This document shows, in pieces, positions 58,003-60,253 of a stretch of 60,253 nucleotides of DNA; position 1 is the stretch's first letter, and every line of letters starts with the position of its first letter. The DNA comes from Cytophagales bacterium. GTDB taxonomy: Bacteria > Bacteroidota > Bacteroidia > Cytophagales > Spirosomataceae. The stretch lies in NCBI GenBank assembly GCA_038242095.1, contig JBBSSJ010000001.1, positions 1 to 60,253 on the forward strand, given 5' to 3'. Both the position numbers and the translations under genes were made by a program. A model generated the notes under the pieces. It ran no database searches. It saw only the letters and a list, made by a program, of their open reading frames with translations, and was not told where the DNA came from.

Positions 58003-59238
58003 TTACCGCTCCAGATAGTCCAAATCCTTAGTGAAAGTCTCCTCGAGGAAAGCTAGCGAAACCAGGGCGATGACTGCTACCGCCACGCCCAATACCAGAC
58101 CCGCCTGCGTGACGCCCATTTGGCCTTTCAGTAAAACGAAAAGCCAAGCCAGCGGAATGGTCGCGCCACGGACGAAGTTGGGAATCGTAGTCGCGACGGT
58201 GGCGCGGATATTGGTCCCGAAAAGCTCAGCGGCGATGGTGATAAACAGCGTCCAGTAGCCGTTGCAAAAGCCCAGAAAGGCGCAAAGCATGTAGAACCCA
58301 AAAGCATCCGAAACGGGCAGGAGTAGATACAGCGCCATCATGACAACCGAGAGCGCAATAAACAGACCAATGACTTTGCGCCGGCTTTTGAGGTACTGAC
58401 TCAGTAAACCGCTGCAAATATCCCCGAATACTTGCCCCGAAAAGGCCAGCATTACGGCTTTTCCCGCGTTTATTTCAGCTATGCCTTTGGCAGCCGCAAA
58501 TTCGGGTGAAAAAGTGATCAGAATCCCTACCACAAACCAGATCGGTAGCCCAACCAGAATCGCCATCAGGTACTTTCTGAGCCGGGTTTTATCCGTAAAA
58601 ATGCTGAGAATGTCGCCCCGGTTGACGCCCTTTCCTTTGAGATGTTGAAACATGCCCGACTCGAAAACATTGAAACGGAGAATCAGGAGCATCAAACCCA
58701 AGCCCCCACCTACGAAATAGGAAACCCGCCAGGCAAACAGATCGGCTACAAAATAGGCCAGGATAGCGCCTAAAACCCCTAACGTCGCCACAAGTGTAGT
58801 ACCATAGCCCCGAATTTCCTTAGGCAAAACCTCCGTTACCAGCGTGATGCCCGCCCCCAACTCGCCCGCCAAACCCACGCCCGCTACGAAGCGTAGCACC
58901 GCGTACATTTCCAAGCTATTGACAAAACCGTTGGCAATATTAGCTAATGAGTACATCACGATCGAGCCAAAAAGAACCGAGAGGCGTCCACGTTTGTCGC
59001 CCAGTACGCCCCAAAGGACGCCGCCGATGAGCAGCCCGGCCATTTGCCAGTTGAGCAGCGTAATGCCTTCGGGCAGCAGTTGCTCGCCCGAAACACCCAA
59101 TTCCTTCAAACTTGGCACCCGCACGACACTGAACAAAAACAGGTCGTACATATCAACGAGGTAGCCCAGCGCCGCCACCAGCACAGGGACGCGGAGCAGT
59201 TGGGAAAGAACGGAGGGGTTTTGCGTTTGAGGATTCAT
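58003..59238 (-). CDS. MFS transporter
   Basis: GYLVDMYD, LGDKRGR, GLAGELG, ELFGTNIRAT. Confidence 0.92.
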   Translation of the reverse strand: MNPQTQNPSVLSQLLRVPVLVAALGYLVDMYDLFLFSVVRVPSLKELGVSGEQLLPEGITLLNWQMAGLLIGGVLWGVLGDKRGRLSVLFGSIVMYSLANIANGFVNSLEMYAVLRFVAGVGLAGELGAGITLVTEVLPKEIRGYGTTLVATLGVLGAILAYFVADLFAWRVSYFVGGGLGLMLLILRFNVFESGMFQHLKGKGVNRGDILSIFTDKTRLRKYLMAILVGLPIWFVVGILITFSPEFAAAKGIAEINAGKAVMLAFSGQVFGDICSGLLSQYLKSRRKVIGLFIALSVVMMALYLLLPVSDAFGFYMLCAFLGFCNGYWTLFITIAAELFGTNIRATVATTIPNFVRGATIPLAWLFVLLKGQMGVTQAGLVLGVAVAVIALVSLAFLEETFTKDLDYLER

Positions 59239-59243
59239 TCAGA

Positions 59244-59369
59244 TGATAATTGATAGTTTAGAGCACCCCGTGGCGATAATGGATAGTTAAAGTGTTTCTC
59301 AGTTTGTGAGAAACGATAATTGATATGCTGATTGAAAAAAAGTAATTATCAACTGTCAACTATCCACTA
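59244..59369. repeat. Mutually inverted 7-mer arrays between the SDR and MFS genes
   Basis: GATAATT GATAGTT … GATAATG GATAGTT … AATTA TCAACTG TCAACTA TCCACTA. Confidence 0.65.
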
Positions 59370-59371
59370 AG

Positions 59372-60139
59372 TCAAAGTCGGTCGATCAGCATTCCGCCGT
59401 CCACGTGAATCACCTGGCCAGTGGAGTAGGGGAAGTCACCCCGGACGAGGGAGGCCACGGCCTTTCCGACATCGTCGGGCGTGCCCCAGCGCGGTTGCAG
59501 GGCCATACCCCCTTCAAATAGTTGGTCGTATTTGGATTGAACCTTCGAGGTCATATCGGTAGCGATCACGCCGGGCCGCACTTCAAAAACCGGAATATCG
59601 AACTCTGCCATCTTTACCGCAAACAGCGCGGCGGTCATGGCTAAACCTGCTTTGGAAACACAGTACTCTCCCCGGTTGATCGACGCGACCGTTGCCGAGA
59701 TGGACGTAACGAACACGATCGTGGCCCGAAAATCGGGCTGGGCTTCCTTCGTTTCGGCCATCTTTCTGGCGATAGTCTGGGTTAAAAAAAATGGCCCTTC
59801 CAGGTTGGTATCCAGCAAGTCCCGGAAACTTTCGGGCGTCGTGTTGAACAAGTCGAGGCGTTGCTTGGGGGCAATGCCCGCATTGTTGACCAATACATTC
59901 AAGCCGCCCAGTTTCTCGTAGGCCTCTTCCACAATCCGCGCACGGTCGTCGGCTGATGCAATGCTTCCCTGGCAATAAACTGCCTTGATGCCCATTTCGC
60001 GCAACTCTACCAACGTTTCTTCCACGAGTTCCAGCGGACGCACGCCGTTAATGGCAATGTCGTACCCCTCGCGGGCCAAACATTGCGCAATTCCCAGTCC
60101 AATCCCCCGGCTCCCGCCGGTTACAAGGGCAGTTTTCAT
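59372..60139 (-). CDS. SDR family oxidoreductase (3-ketoacyl-ACP reductase-like)
   Basis: TGGSRGIG, NNAG, YCVSK, EVRPG. Confidence 0.92.
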   Translation of the reverse strand: MKTALVTGGSRGIGLGIAQCLAREGYDIAINGVRPLELVEETLVELREMGIKAVYCQGSIASADDRARIVEEAYEKLGGLNVLVNNAGIAPKQRLDLFNTTPESFRDLLDTNLEGPFFLTQTIARKMAETKEAQPDFRATIVFVTSISATVASINRGEYCVSKAGLAMTAALFAVKMAEFDIPVFEVRPGVIATDMTSKVQSKYDQLFEGGMALQPRWGTPDDVGKAVASLVRGDFPYSTGQVIHVDGGMLIDRL

Positions 60140-60252
60140 AGTTCTTCGATCTCAACCCATTTTCGCTTTTCCCAACTTTCAATTCCTTTTTCGGCCAGTT
60201 GTACGCCCTTGGCGCCTTCTTTCAAACCCCAGGGGAATGGTGTGTCTTTGAC
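60136..60252 (-). CDS. 3' end of a probable Gfo/Idh/MocA oxidoreductase (partial)
   Basis: VKDTPFPWGLKEGAKGVQLAEKGIESWEKRKWVEIEEL*; the stop overlaps the SDR ATG (ATGA). Confidence 0.65.
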   Translation of the reverse strand, partial: VKDTPFPWGLKEGAKGVQLAEKGIESWEKRKWVEIEEL

Positions 60253-60253
60253 G

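Overview
Chromosomal segment of a Bacteroidota bacterium, probably Cytophagales. The assignment rests on many TAnnTTTG -7 promoter elements, PorT-like porins and the gene content. It is mostly core and metabolic DNA: tRNA-Val(GAC), cbpA-cbpM, aguA/aguB, a complete sulfate-assimilation operon, thiolase, leuS, a DEAD-box helicase and oxidoreductases. There is also a surface-glycosylation cluster (split transketolase, epimerase-GT2 fusion, GT-C-like membrane protein, acyltransferase), a decayed GH10 xylanase pseudogene and a multi-barrel outer-membrane protein with an Asn-rich repeat. I see no IS element, prophage or CRISPR array. The strongest candidate for an undescribed system is at about 53.0-56.4 kb. 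A 58-aa ORF missed by the ORF track (55048-55224) resembles an AgrD autoinducer precursor (…ASCFWSV-ADLEISKEL…). It is followed by an LpxL/LPLAT-type acyltransferase with a possible C-terminal RiPP-recognition element. This pair is divergent from a membrane-anchored LytTR regulator, which abuts an atypical LuxR regulator preceded by a LytTR-type direct repeat. I infer an agr-like or lipopeptide RiPP signalling module in a Gram-negative bacterium. This is a hypothesis from motifs only.
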